64,000 nucleotides of DNA from Giardia intestinalis (taxonomy: Eukaryota), in the NCBI GenBank assembly GCA_000002435.2, contig CM018793.1; one strand, 5' to 3'. Both the position numbers and the translations under genes were made by a program. The notes under the pieces were generated by a model, which worked only from the letters and a program-made list of their open reading frames with translations, was not told the DNA's origin and did not search any database. Positions 38,327 to 47,800 of this stretch are shown here, one piece after another (the stretch's first letter is position 1; each line of letters begins with the position of its first letter).

Positions 38327-39829
38327 ATGGCTCTCTCACCTCCTCCGCTAGCGCAGAAGGAAGTGGTACCACGCTATGAGGAGAGGCTTCTGATTGTAAC
38401 TGGGCCCCAGTCTGGTTTTCCCAGTGATTTTGGAAAGTCCCAAACTGTGGAGCCAGACAGGGTCTATCTTGGACTCACAGAAGGACAAGTAAAGATAGAA
38501 GAGGAAGAAGCACACCTTCTTCGAGCAGTTAACCGCGGACCGTCTACTCATAAGCTGTCTATTCCTGCGCCCAAAGTTACCCGTATTCCTGCCTATTCAT
38601 GCTTCGGATTCAAGCCGGGGGTAAGCTACCGCGTTGCTACGGCAATCAATTCGTCAAGGAACATACTAAGGGATTTGGATGATGCAGATCTATGCTTTAG
38701 TGATGGGATAGTTCGTGTCATCGAAGCAGAGGCTTCTGCCAGTAAACCATCGCACAAGGGGACACAGAGGTGTGCGCTCGAACTATCAGAAAAACAAGAG
38801 GTTAGAGGGTCTAGATTTCCTGACATCCACGTGTCCTTGCCTACTGACTCCATATACTCTGAGGACGTTTTGGAGTGGATTCTGACTGTATTGGATATAT
38901 TTTTCCCTGCGAAGATTCGTCAGATTTTTATAACCGAAAGAAATATTTATGAAGCTTACATTGCGTGTAGATTAGTCGTCCTGGATTCTTTTGAATTGGA
39001 AAATACTATTGTAAGGCCTCCAGATTGCTTTATTCCTCGGATGCCCACAGATTACATCAAAAGGATTGCAGCAGAACAGCATAAGATGGACCAGTCTTCG
39101 GACCTAGATGTGGGAACTAAGGGGACATCCAAGCGCAAGGTCGTCGTCAACGAGCAGCTAGAGAAGATTGCTTCCCAAGTCCCATTCATTTCTCGCAGTC
39201 TATTTGCTAGCATCTTTTCCTATTTTGTTAACAAACGAAAAGGAACACCCCTTATGCCCTGCATGCGTGACCGCCCATATCGAGATTGGGTGTCTTCACA
39301 AGCCAATCAGAAGATGTTTCTAGTTCAGCAAGAGAAGCGGTTTGCGCAGCAGTTCTGCAAAGGAATCAAACGGGCTCAAGTACCTCTATACTATTTCAAC
39401 CGAATGGCCGAATTTGTCTGTCTGCGAGAGGTTATTGAGTTGGCTGCCGTTACCAATGAATGCAAAGATTTGCTGGCCCAACTGGGGTACAATTCTGCTG
39501 AGGAAGCAGAGGCGATATTGAGGGATGATGCCCCGGGCTCCATGCTTATTCCTATGGATAGACCCGCAAACACATATAAGCTAGAGCAGCTATCGCTAGA
39601 GATGTATGATGAGGCAATGTGGACAAAGAACAGAAACCAACTTATGACCCATGCGCCAATAAGCAAGGCGGTCACTTCGCGATCGCCCACCATGTTTGAC
39701 ATTACCAAGCTGACTAGTATAGTGGATGTGTTTGCTAATGTGGGGTGTCTGCAGAAATCGCCCGAGATTGCTGCCGACGAGGATGTTGTCAACGCATTCT
39801 ACCAACGCATACTAGCTTCCAGCACGTAG
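38327..39829 (+). CDS. hypothetical protein (500 aa)
   Basis: ORF-track start 38309 is TTG; first ATG is at 38327. No recognisable domain. Confidence 0.65.
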   Translation: MALSPPPLAQKEVVPRYEERLLIVTGPQSGFPSDFGKSQTVEPDRVYLGLTEGQVKIEEEEAHLLRAVNRGPSTHKLSIPAPKVTRIPAYSCFGFKPGVSYRVATAINSSRNILRDLDDADLCFSDGIVRVIEAEASASKPSHKGTQRCALELSEKQEVRGSRFPDIHVSLPTDSIYSEDVLEWILTVLDIFFPAKIRQIFITERNIYEAYIACRLVVLDSFELENTIVRPPDCFIPRMPTDYIKRIAAEQHKMDQSSDLDVGTKGTSKRKVVVNEQLEKIASQVPFISRSLFASIFSYFVNKRKGTPLMPCMRDRPYRDWVSSQANQKMFLVQQEKRFAQQFCKGIKRAQVPLYYFNRMAEFVCLREVIELAAVTNECKDLLAQLGYNSAEEAEAILRDDAPGSMLIPMDRPANTYKLEQLSLEMYDEAMWTKNRNQLMTHAPISKAVTSRSPTMFDITKLTSIVDVFANVGCLQKSPEIAADEDVVNAFYQRILASST

Positions 39830-40093
39830 TCCTATGGTACCCCTCTCTGAGCTGGCATCTCCGCCCTTCTGTTGAGTTGTATTCTGATTAAGCTGTCTTA
39901 CGCATCAGTTGTCGATCACACGGCCACGATGTTACTGTTCAATTCATATCTAACGCTGAACTATGACATCGTGCCAGCACATTACCAATTGTGTGAAGTA
40001 GTAAGGAGTAGTAAATCTTGAATGGCAATTTGTAGGCGTCGTCTTTGCAACTTGCTTCACAATTTGGTGGAGATCTGCAAGTTTTAAAACTTG

Positions 40094-41089
40094 ATGCCTC
40101 CTTGCATTTATGACGTACACACCCACACGTTTCTATGCCAATGTGCTGAAAAGGTAATGCCACGGGTGTACTTTAAACTGGCATCAGAGTTGGGATATAA
40201 AGGGATAGCGTACTGCTGCCACAACCCTTTCCCTGGAGACCTAGTAACTCCCCAGCACAGAATGGCTTATGAAGAGTTTGAGTTGTTCATGACAATGTAT
40301 CGACGAGAATGTGCATTTGCTCGGATTCACCTTCCAGAGTTGGACATTCTTCTTACGATGGAAGTTGACTACCTTCCCGATGCTCCACATCTCACTGAAG
40401 ATTTTATTGTGAGCCACCTTGGAGACTTCGACTGTGTCCTGGGGTCTCTGCACTATTACCAGGAAATTGAGAACGCGTGCTCAGACAAGGAAAAACAGAT
40501 TAAAGTGTACTTTGAAACCTGGGTACAGGCGCTCAGAACAGGATGGTTTCAAGTCATGGCGCACATGGATTTTATTAAGGTTGTTGTAGGCATGGAGTGG
40601 GTTCGCAGAAACAGGGAGGTGGTCCACAAGCATGCAGAAAGCGCCATCACTGAGATGGCGAAGTACAATCTGGCGCGAGAGAAGAAAGGCCTCGATCCGG
40701 TTGTGTTAGAGCTCAACACTAGTGGATCTCAGTATGGAGACGACTTTTTTCCAGCTGAGTCCCTTGTGGCTTATGCTGCCAAGATGAATATCCCTTTTTG
40801 CTTATCCAGTGACTGCCATCAGGCGTCAGAATTGGGTCGCAACTTCAAGGAAGCCCTTTGCTGCCTGAAGAAACATGGTGTCACAGAACTTTGTTACTTT
40901 AAAGAGCGACGGCTTCAGAGATATCTGCTCGAGGATGCCATTGCCACGTTCAAACCGTCCTGTGTGCCTGAGTTGGTCTCGAGAATCAAAGCCCTGAAAG
41001 GATATGATGTCTCTGTCAGCGAAGAGCTAGAGGAGATGAAGTGGAGCAGTCTGCTTGCACGCAGGTCTAATGAGAAGAGTAAAAGTTAG
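40094..41089 (+). CDS. PHP-domain phosphoesterase, histidinol-phosphatase (HIS2/HisJ)-like
   Basis: N-terminal YDVHTHTFLC (PHP D-x-H-x-H metal motif); later LELNTSGSQYGDDF and SSDCHQASELG parallel yeast HIS2 IEINTSALRK / SDDAHGVAQVG. The track start is TTG; ATG is at 40094. Confidence 0.75.
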   Translation: MPPCIYDVHTHTFLCQCAEKVMPRVYFKLASELGYKGIAYCCHNPFPGDLVTPQHRMAYEEFELFMTMYRRECAFARIHLPELDILLTMEVDYLPDAPHLTEDFIVSHLGDFDCVLGSLHYYQEIENACSDKEKQIKVYFETWVQALRTGWFQVMAHMDFIKVVVGMEWVRRNREVVHKHAESAITEMAKYNLAREKKGLDPVVLELNTSGSQYGDDFFPAESLVAYAAKMNIPFCLSSDCHQASELGRNFKEALCCLKKHGVTELCYFKERRLQRYLLEDAIATFKPSCVPELVSRIKALKGYDVSVSEELEEMKWSSLLARRSNEKSKS

Positions 41090-41096
41090 CCTAAAA

Positions 41097-41888
41097 ATGC
41101 AGGACATACTCACGAACGTGCTCACAAGCGAAGATATCGAGGCGGAGATGCGGCGTCTTCAGAGCGAGCTGGCAGAAGACACCAAGGAACTGATCCGCAT
41201 TCGAACGGAGTATCATCAGGCAGAGCAATGCCTGCAGAATTGGCAGGGCCGATTCGCTCTTGCTGAGGGGTTTCAATCTCACAGCCTAGCCCCAGAAAGA
41301 GACCACCGCTTCTTTATGGCTCCTATCGGATCGGTGGTCACGGATGACGCAGACCCGTCTCTGATTAATGTGACACTGCTCGACAGCTTCAAAGGCTCAT
41401 GTGCCAACTTGGAGTCCTGGGACAAGGCTTGGGTCATTGGTCTTGCTAAGCATAGATTCTCATCTAACCATTTCCCTGCGTCCGATTTACTAGCTCCTAG
41501 TTCAGACATTGTTTCCGGTCCTGTCGGGACTATCACTGTGTCAAACGTTGTGTTTAACTACACAGAGCCGTATAACAACTCTGTACATATATCAAAGTAC
41601 CTCATAGACAACGCAAGGACTGCAGGGTGCAGTGCTGTCACGGAAGATCAGGACCCTTTTACTCTCGGTGTCTCTCCTCAGCTTCCGTGCTATTTGGAGG
41701 CAGCTGGCGAACAAGCCATTCAGTATGAGCTTGTCAACCTTCTTGCAGACATTGTGGCTGTTGACCAGGAGACCGTTAGGCTGACCACCAGTGAGCCTCT
41801 TCCACCCGAATTTGTCCTTCTCGATCTCAAGGTCTATCACCCTTACATTGAGGGCCTTACTAACCTTCTAGAACACGAAAAGCAATAG
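41097..41888 (+). CDS. hypothetical protein (263 aa)
   Basis: The ORF track begins at a TTG (41055) overlapping the upstream gene. The first non-overlapping ATG is at 41097, 7 nt after the PHP gene stop and preceded by cctaaaa. Confidence 0.55.
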   Translation: MQDILTNVLTSEDIEAEMRRLQSELAEDTKELIRIRTEYHQAEQCLQNWQGRFALAEGFQSHSLAPERDHRFFMAPIGSVVTDDADPSLINVTLLDSFKGSCANLESWDKAWVIGLAKHRFSSNHFPASDLLAPSSDIVSGPVGTITVSNVVFNYTEPYNNSVHISKYLIDNARTAGCSAVTEDQDPFTLGVSPQLPCYLEAAGEQAIQYELVNLLADIVAVDQETVRLTTSEPLPPEFVLLDLKVYHPYIEGLTNLLEHEKQ

Positions 41889-41934
41889 CAATCCACATAA
41901 ATCACAGAACACCTTTTCAAAGAGCGGACTAAAT

Positions 41935-42471
41935 TTACTTGGGAGGCGCCCCAAAATTGAAGCCTCCCGGCGGGACGGAGGGGGTGCCTCCGGTCTTCTT
42001 CCCCAAACCAATCTTAATCTTTTCACCACTCTTGAGAGAGAAGTCTTGATTCACGACTATCTGCGCAGGGGGATGGGCCTTCCGATCCAATAGCTTTCCA
42101 TGATCTGCCAGGGCTGCTTGGAAAGCAAATGCGCCATCACGCTCCTGAAATCCTATTCCGATAAATGCCATCTTGGCTCCAGTCGGGTCTTTGACCACGA
42201 TGACAAAATAACGCGAAGAGTCCGACGCCTTCTCAACCACCGGAACTGTCCCCTTGTACTCTATGGGAAAGCGTGCTGCCTCTGCGCCTGTGTCTGGGGC
42301 CACAAGGGAGACGGAGCAGGCCTCCCCCTTGGAGATGATGCTGAGGTTGCCCTGGAAAATCACCCACTCACCAGGCCAATCAGCGCACTTAAACGAGCTT
42401 AAGTTGAGCGTCGGTGGAAGCTTGTATGCGACAACTTGGGTTACCGTTGCCAGCACTTGCTCGAACTCCAT
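41935..42471 (-). CDS. NECAP (adaptin-ear-binding coat-associated protein, PHear domain)
   Basis: [41 protein letters not shown] aligns with human NECAP1 [40 protein letters not shown]. The N-terminus ([18 protein letters not shown]) and [11 protein letters not shown] also match. Confidence 0.9.
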   Translation of the reverse strand: [178 protein letters not shown]

Positions 42472-42532
42472 GCCTTTTTATTTTTCATAAGAATGATTTA
42501 ATGTAAATTGCCATTGGAAACCGAAGTTTCTG
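42472..42532. promoter_or_regulatory. 61-nt bidirectional promoter region between NECAP (-) and proteasome beta7 (+)
   Basis: Divergent ATGs separated by cctttttatttttcataagaatgatttaatgtaaattgccattggaaaccgaagtttctg. AT-rich runs sit next to both starts. Confidence 0.4.
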
Positions 42533-43186
42533 ATGGCTTCTTTCTTGACTGGTGGAACAGTTGTCGCGGTGGCACACAAAGACGGTGTCCTGATGGCAGC
42601 TGATACTGTGCTGAACTATGGCAGCACGCGCAGGACTGACAATTACGAGCGTATCATTCCTGTCGGTACACACACACTCATAGGGTTTACTGGGGATGAG
42701 GCCGACTTTAAAGACAGTCTATATACCTTGAAGTCTATGCACCGCGAGGCCCGGTGCCACGGGACACCTCCCCCTAGCACGAGAGAGATCCACGGCTTCC
42801 TTGCCACACGTAACTACAGCTCTCGCTTGGAAATGGACCCAATTTACAATGGATACATTATTGGAGGATGCGAGCCAGGGGAGAGCCCTTACATCGGAGT
42901 CGTTGATCTGCGTGGGACTCAGTTTACAGCGAGCTTCTTTGCTACTGGAATGGGGAGACACTACGCTTTGCCTGTTTTGCGCGAAGGGTGGAAGCCAGGC
43001 ATCTCTAAGGACGAGGCGGTGGCCCTTCTGTTAGAAAGTCTTAAAACGCTAGCCTTCAACGATGCTGCTGCAGGATCTTCGTTCATAATCTGTGAGGCTA
43101 CAAGCGACGGAACGCACATTGGCCCTGTTCAAACCCTCGACCTCGACTGGTCGTCCGCTGCATACAAGGACTCGGCAGTAAACTGA
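42533..43186 (+). CDS. 20S proteasome beta subunit, beta7 (PSMB4/Pre4)-type
   Basis: TGGTVVAVAHKDGVLMAADTVLNYGSTRRTDNYERIIPVGTHTLIGFTGDEADF matches PSMB4 [54 protein letters not shown]. The catalytic Thr-Thr dipeptide is absent, as in non-catalytic beta subunits. Confidence 0.9.
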   Translation: MASFLTGGTVVAVAHKDGVLMAADTVLNYGSTRRTDNYERIIPVGTHTLIGFTGDEADFKDSLYTLKSMHREARCHGTPPPSTREIHGFLATRNYSSRLEMDPIYNGYIIGGCEPGESPYIGVVDLRGTQFTASFFATGMGRHYALPVLREGWKPGISKDEAVALLLESLKTLAFNDAAAGSSFIICEATSDGTHIGPVQTLDLDWSSAAYKDSAVN

Positions 43187-43476
43187 ACTTTACTTGCTAT
43201 CCAAGACCCGCAAGAGAACAAAACCATATCTATTCCGGCTCTTATTCTGGCTCAAGAGCGCCCCCGGGCGCTGAGGAGCTGGTGGTCTAAATTCCATGGA
43301 CCTGGTCATCAAAGACTACACCTTTTGGCCTACTGTTAGCTAACGGCAGCACATCTACAGGATGGACCAACGCCGTTGGAAGAAGGAAAACCACTAACCA
43401 TTTGAGGCCCAGGAACAAGCAGGTCGTAAACGAGGCAGACGACCGAGCAACGATGATGCAAAGGTCGACGGAAAGA

Positions 43477-43483
43477 ATTCACT
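43477..43483 (-). promoter_or_regulatory. putative polyadenylation signal AGTGAAT (AGTRAAY class) 4 nt after the alpha-tubulin stop
   Basis: The minus strand reads TAA GCG AGTGAAT. AGTRAAY is the reported Giardia polyadenylation signal consensus. Confidence 0.4.
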
Positions 43484-43486
43484 CGC

Positions 43487-44851
43487 TTAGTAGGCGTCGT
43501 CCTCCTCCATGTCCTCGCCCTCGCCGTCGCCAAGGGTCTCGGCGCCGATCTCCTCGTAGTCCTTCTCGAGGGCGGCGAGGTCCTCGCGGGCCTCGGAGAA
43601 CTCGCCCTCCTCCATGCCCTCACCGACGTACCAGTGCACGAAGGCGCGCTTGGCGTACATCAGGTCGAACTTGTGGTCCATGCGGGACCAAACCTCGGCG
43701 ATGGCCGTCGTGTTGGAGATCATGAGGCAGGAGCGCTGGACCTTCGCAAGGTCGCCGCCGGGGATGACGGTCGGGGGCTGGTAGTTGATGCCGACCTTGA
43801 AGCCTGTCGGGCACCAGTCGACGAACTGGATCGTGCGCTTCGTCTTGATGACCGCGATGGCCGCGTTGACGTCCTTCGGGACGACGTCGCCGCGGTACAT
43901 CATGCAGCACGCCATGTACTTGCCGTGGCGGGGGTCGCACTTGACCATCATGTTCGCCGGCTCGAAGACGGAGTTGGTGAGCTCGGCGACGGAGAGCTTC
44001 TCGTGGTACGCCTTCTCGGACGAGATGATGGGCGCGTACGAGCAGAGCGGGAAGTGGATGCGCGGGTACGGGACGAGGTTCGTCTGGAACTCCGTCAGGT
44101 CGACGTTGAGGGCGCCGTCGAAGCGGAGCGAGGCTGTGATCGAGGAGATGCACTGGGCAATCAGGCGGTTGAGGTTCGTGTATGTCGGGCGCTCGATGTC
44201 GAGGTTGCGGCGGCAGATGTCGTACATGGCCTCGTTGTCGACCATGAAGGCGCAGTCGGAGTGCTCAAGCATCGAGTGCGCGGCGAGGATCGTGTTGTAC
44301 GGCTCGACGACGGCCGTCGCGATCTGGGGCGAGGGGTAGACGACGAACTCGAGCTTGGACTTGCGGCCGTAGTCGACGCTCAGGCGCTCGAGGAAGAGGG
44401 ACCCGAAGCCGGCGCCCGTGCCTCCTCCGAAGGAGTGGAAGATCAGGAAGCCCTGGAGCCCGGAGCAGTTGTCTGCGAGCTTGCGGACGCGGTCGAGGAC
44501 GAGGTCGACGATCTCCTTGCCGATCGTGTAGTGCCCGCGGGCGTAGTTGTTGGCGGCGTCCTCCTTGCCGGAGATCAGTTGCTCGGGGTGGTAGAGCTGG
44601 CGGTACGAGCCCGCGCGGACCTCGTCGACGACCGTGGGCTCGAGGTCAACGAAGACCGCGCGCGGGACGTGCTTGCCGGCGCCCGTCTCCGAGAAGAACG
44701 TGTTGAACGCGTCGTCGCCGCCCCCGATCGTCTTGTCGGACGGCATCTGGCCGTCGTGCTGGATCCCGTGCTCGAGGCAGTAGAGTTCCCAGCAGGCGTT
44801 GCCGATCTGGACTCCGGCCTGGCCGATGTGGACCGAGATGCACTCACGCAT
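43487..44851 (-). CDS. alpha-tubulin
   Basis: 454-aa product [31 protein letters not shown]...[11 protein letters not shown]...[40 protein letters not shown]...EEDDAY is canonical alpha-tubulin. Third codon positions are GC-saturated. Confidence 0.97.
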   Translation of the reverse strand: MRECISVHIGQAGVQIGNACWELYCLEHGIQHDGQMPSDKTIGGGDDAFNTFFSETGAGKHVPRAVFVDLEPTVVDEVRAGSYRQLYHPEQLISGKEDAANNYARGHYTIGKEIVDLVLDRVRKLADNCSGLQGFLIFHSFGGGTGAGFGSLFLERLSVDYGRKSKLEFVVYPSPQIATAVVEPYNTILAAHSMLEHSDCAFMVDNEAMYDICRRNLDIERPTYTNLNRLIAQCISSITASLRFDGALNVDLTEFQTNLVPYPRIHFPLCSYAPIISSEKAYHEKLSVAELTNSVFEPANMMVKCDPRHGKYMACCMMYRGDVVPKDVNAAIAVIKTKRTIQFVDWCPTGFKVGINYQPPTVIPGGDLAKVQRSCLMISNTTAIAEVWSRMDHKFDLMYAKRAFVHWYVGEGMEEGEFSEAREDLAALEKDYEEIGAETLGDGEGEDMEEDDAY

Positions 44852-44896
44852 TTTTATTTCCGCCCGTCCAGACTCTGGAATTTGCTGATTTGAATT
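44852..44896 (-). promoter_or_regulatory. alpha-tubulin upstream region (45 nt between upstream gene stop and tubulin ATG)
   Basis: Coding-strand reads ...gaattcaaatcagcaaattccagagtctggacgggcggaaataaaa ATG. The A-rich initiator is flush with the ATG, and the whole promoter must fit in 45 nt or extend into the upstream ORF. Confidence 0.45.
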
Positions 44897-47800
44897 CTAA
44901 ATTGTTTTCTGCTCCAGAAGAAGCTCGACGCTCTCTGGAGAAAAGTTGACGAGAGAGGCCTCGGTCGGGGTGTAGTAGATTCTAACACCATGCCTGCTGC
45001 TCCCTGCCTTACTAGGAACAAATCCGATAAACTGGAATACGAGCAAAACTAATTCCACAGGGGTCATATTGTGTAGAGTGATGTATGAGCCAGCGCATCG
45101 AGCCAGCACCTTCTCAAAGATCAAAAACCATCCCGGAGTTACATCTTCTCCAATTCCAAGAAAGGCTGGTTTCGCGACCTCATTGGTTCTCATTACAGGG
45201 ACCTTGTCTGATACGAGCACGTACCCCTGGGGTGACCTAAACGACAAGATAGTCTCTCTGCCCATTAGCTTGAATTGCTCTGTAGCATGCAGGGCGTCAC
45301 AGATCTCAAATAGTGCCCGTAAAAGCTTGGCATTGGCACTATGTTTAGCTGCAAGATCCTCCACGTCCACAGACGGTTTCATAGGATCAGGCATGCCATC
45401 CAGTCGCGAAGCAGGGGTGTTAATGATAATGTTCTTGTGGATAACTGGGCCTAATGGCCGAGCGGACTTCTTGGCCTCACCCTGTTTGCCCTTGCGTGTT
45501 CCATCCTGTTGCTGGATCGGAGGACACGCACTAAGGAGCTTCTCAGCGCTCAGGGGTTGTTCATACGATACCATGTGAAGCGAAGAAAGAGAAACCATGC
45601 ACGCAGATACGAGGTCCTTTTGGACTCCTTCGTCAAAGGCCCGTATTTCCAATTCCAAACCAACCTCTTTGGATGGCTTCCCATCGGCAGCTAAGCATGC
45701 GCATAGGAGAGAGTATGCTGGGAGAGGATCCATCCAGTAATAGATACCATCATAAGGGATGTCAATAAGGCAATCCAGCTGACAAAGAGGGGTTTGCTCA
45801 GGCCCCTGTTTCTTGGTTGTTGAGAACGTCTTTGACCCGCTCTTAAGAGATGCCAGCTCACCGCGTTCTGTCTGATCCTTCATTGTTTGGTCATTTTCTT
45901 TTGCTTTTAGTAAGTGTAGCTCCTCTCCTTTAGAAATCAATAGTTTGCGAGTCAGCTGGTTGAGGTACGAAGCCTTGAGACGAGGTATGCTCAGCTCTTT
46001 CTGCGGAGACAAAGAAGCAAAGATATGCACACCATCACTGTATAGCCAACACCCGTTTCCCTCGTCTTCTCGATAGCCATCAGCTAATAAGGTCAAGACG
46101 CCTGTGGAAACAGGATGCCCTGGAAGACTCTCATGCCCAGCGAAATCAGCATACAGATCCGATGACGGATCCAGCCTTATGTCCGACTGCTGCGAAGAAT
46201 ACTGCTCAACATGTCCAATGTCAAAGCAGGAACGCAGGTCTTGCGCCTGCTGTAGAATAAGAGCATTATTGCCCCGCGTGCTGGGACGAGGCGGTGCAAC
46301 AGCCAAATTCTCTGTCTCTGGAAGGTCAATGTCGTCGTAAAGCTCAAGGAAATCAAGCCGTTGGTGTACCTTTGTAGAGCCATGCGACTTTGCTCGGCTA
46401 GGAGTGAAGCGGCCGCTATTTAAGCGCACATTTTCCACATTTTCCTGAGACAAGCCAACAAAGGGAGCGCCCTGTGGGGACAGCTGAGTAGGATCCCTTT
46501 GCTTTGTAGCAGGAGCATCACCGAGGGTAGTAAGGTTAAGGGTCGATGTTTTGGCAGAATCAGAGGGGCAGAGACTAGTTTTTATGCTTGAAACCGTCTG
46601 CCCATTGTGCTGCTTGCTCGTATCTGTTACACACGACACGCCAGAAAGCGTAGTATGCATGTTGGAATTATCGACGATTGGGGCTGAAAACAGTGCGGCG
46701 GCCAAGTCAAGCTCAGCAGGCCGAACAGCTTTCAGCGTGACGTACTCACAAAGAGATAGGTGGACGCATAATAAGCATCTCTGCAAGACGGCCTCAAGAA
46801 AAGAAATGGATGTTTGGCGTTCCTTCATGGACGCGTTCTGTTCTTGGGATAGCTTGGACGTGAAGCCGGTGGTAAGTGCCACTTGAAAGGCATCGCCCAG
46901 TGTGTGGGTCATCGAAAGAAATTGCAGAGGCACAACAACTTCGCCGAGAGAAATGTAATTGGGAAAAGGAACAGGTCGAAAGACAAGACACTGGGTGGTA
47001 CCAATCTGCACGGTGGCCAGATAGCAAACTTCTGCCGGTCTGGCGAACGACCCGTTGCTAGTTGTGCTCACAGCATTCGGTAAAGTGTTCCTTACAACTG
47101 GAATTAGATCTAATGAGGTGGAAACGTGTCTCGTTCCAAAGGTGAGCCACCGTGGGTCAACAAGAGTTGCCAAGCACTGCTTCATAGAAGCGTTCTCCAA
47201 CGACCCTTCTCTTGGGGGAGGAGGTTCTGAAGCGGAAGACGGAGGAAGCCCATCTGGTCGTTTTCCCGAGGTAGTCCTGGGTAACTTAGACGCGCCTTCA
47301 ACTTCACCATGTAAAGCTTGCTTTTCCTTAGGCACTTTCATAGTTGAATTTTCTACCACGGCTTGGTTGTCAGCACTAGTCGCTGTGGTGGTTATGATGG
47401 ATTTTGTGGTTAATAGAAGCCCTGGTTTCTTAAGCTCTGATATCTCTTGCAGAAGCGATGCAAGTCGATTGACCCCGGGTGAGCCGCACTCAAACCTCTC
47501 ATCAACTATTATTTGGCCAGTGCTGTCTTGCAAGAGCTCAAGGGTCAACTCGAAGGACAGAGGCATTGCTCTGAATGCTTCTACTAAGGTACTCACGTTA
47601 TTCTGCTCGTTCTGCTCACCTATCTTGGGCTGGCGTTGACTGCTCACAGCTGTTAACAGTTGAGCCTTTATAATCCAGACTGTCGATGAAACGGGTGGAA
47701 AGTCTAACACCTTCATTGCTTTCTGTGCATCATTGTCACTGAATCGTGTCAAATTGAAATATGCCATGCCAGAGTGGTCTTTGTTAGATAGTGGCGCAAA

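Noticed and set aside
43255-43272. GC hairpin agcgcc-cccg-ggcgct in the convergent 3' region between the proteasome and tubulin genes
   Set aside because: A 6-bp stem with no flanking U-tract. This is a eukaryotic locus, so it is not a rho-independent terminator, and it is too short to argue for function.
43634-44893. 419-aa plus-strand ORF, plus further alternate-frame ORFs (43620-44153 minus, 44575-44847 minus, 43785-44339 plus, 43336-43725), overlapping alpha-tubulin
   Set aside because: They are by-products of the GC3-saturated tubulin CDS, in which stops are rare in all frames. Their products are Arg/Ala/Val/Pro-rich low complexity with no domain signal, and tubulin is unambiguous on the other strand and frame.
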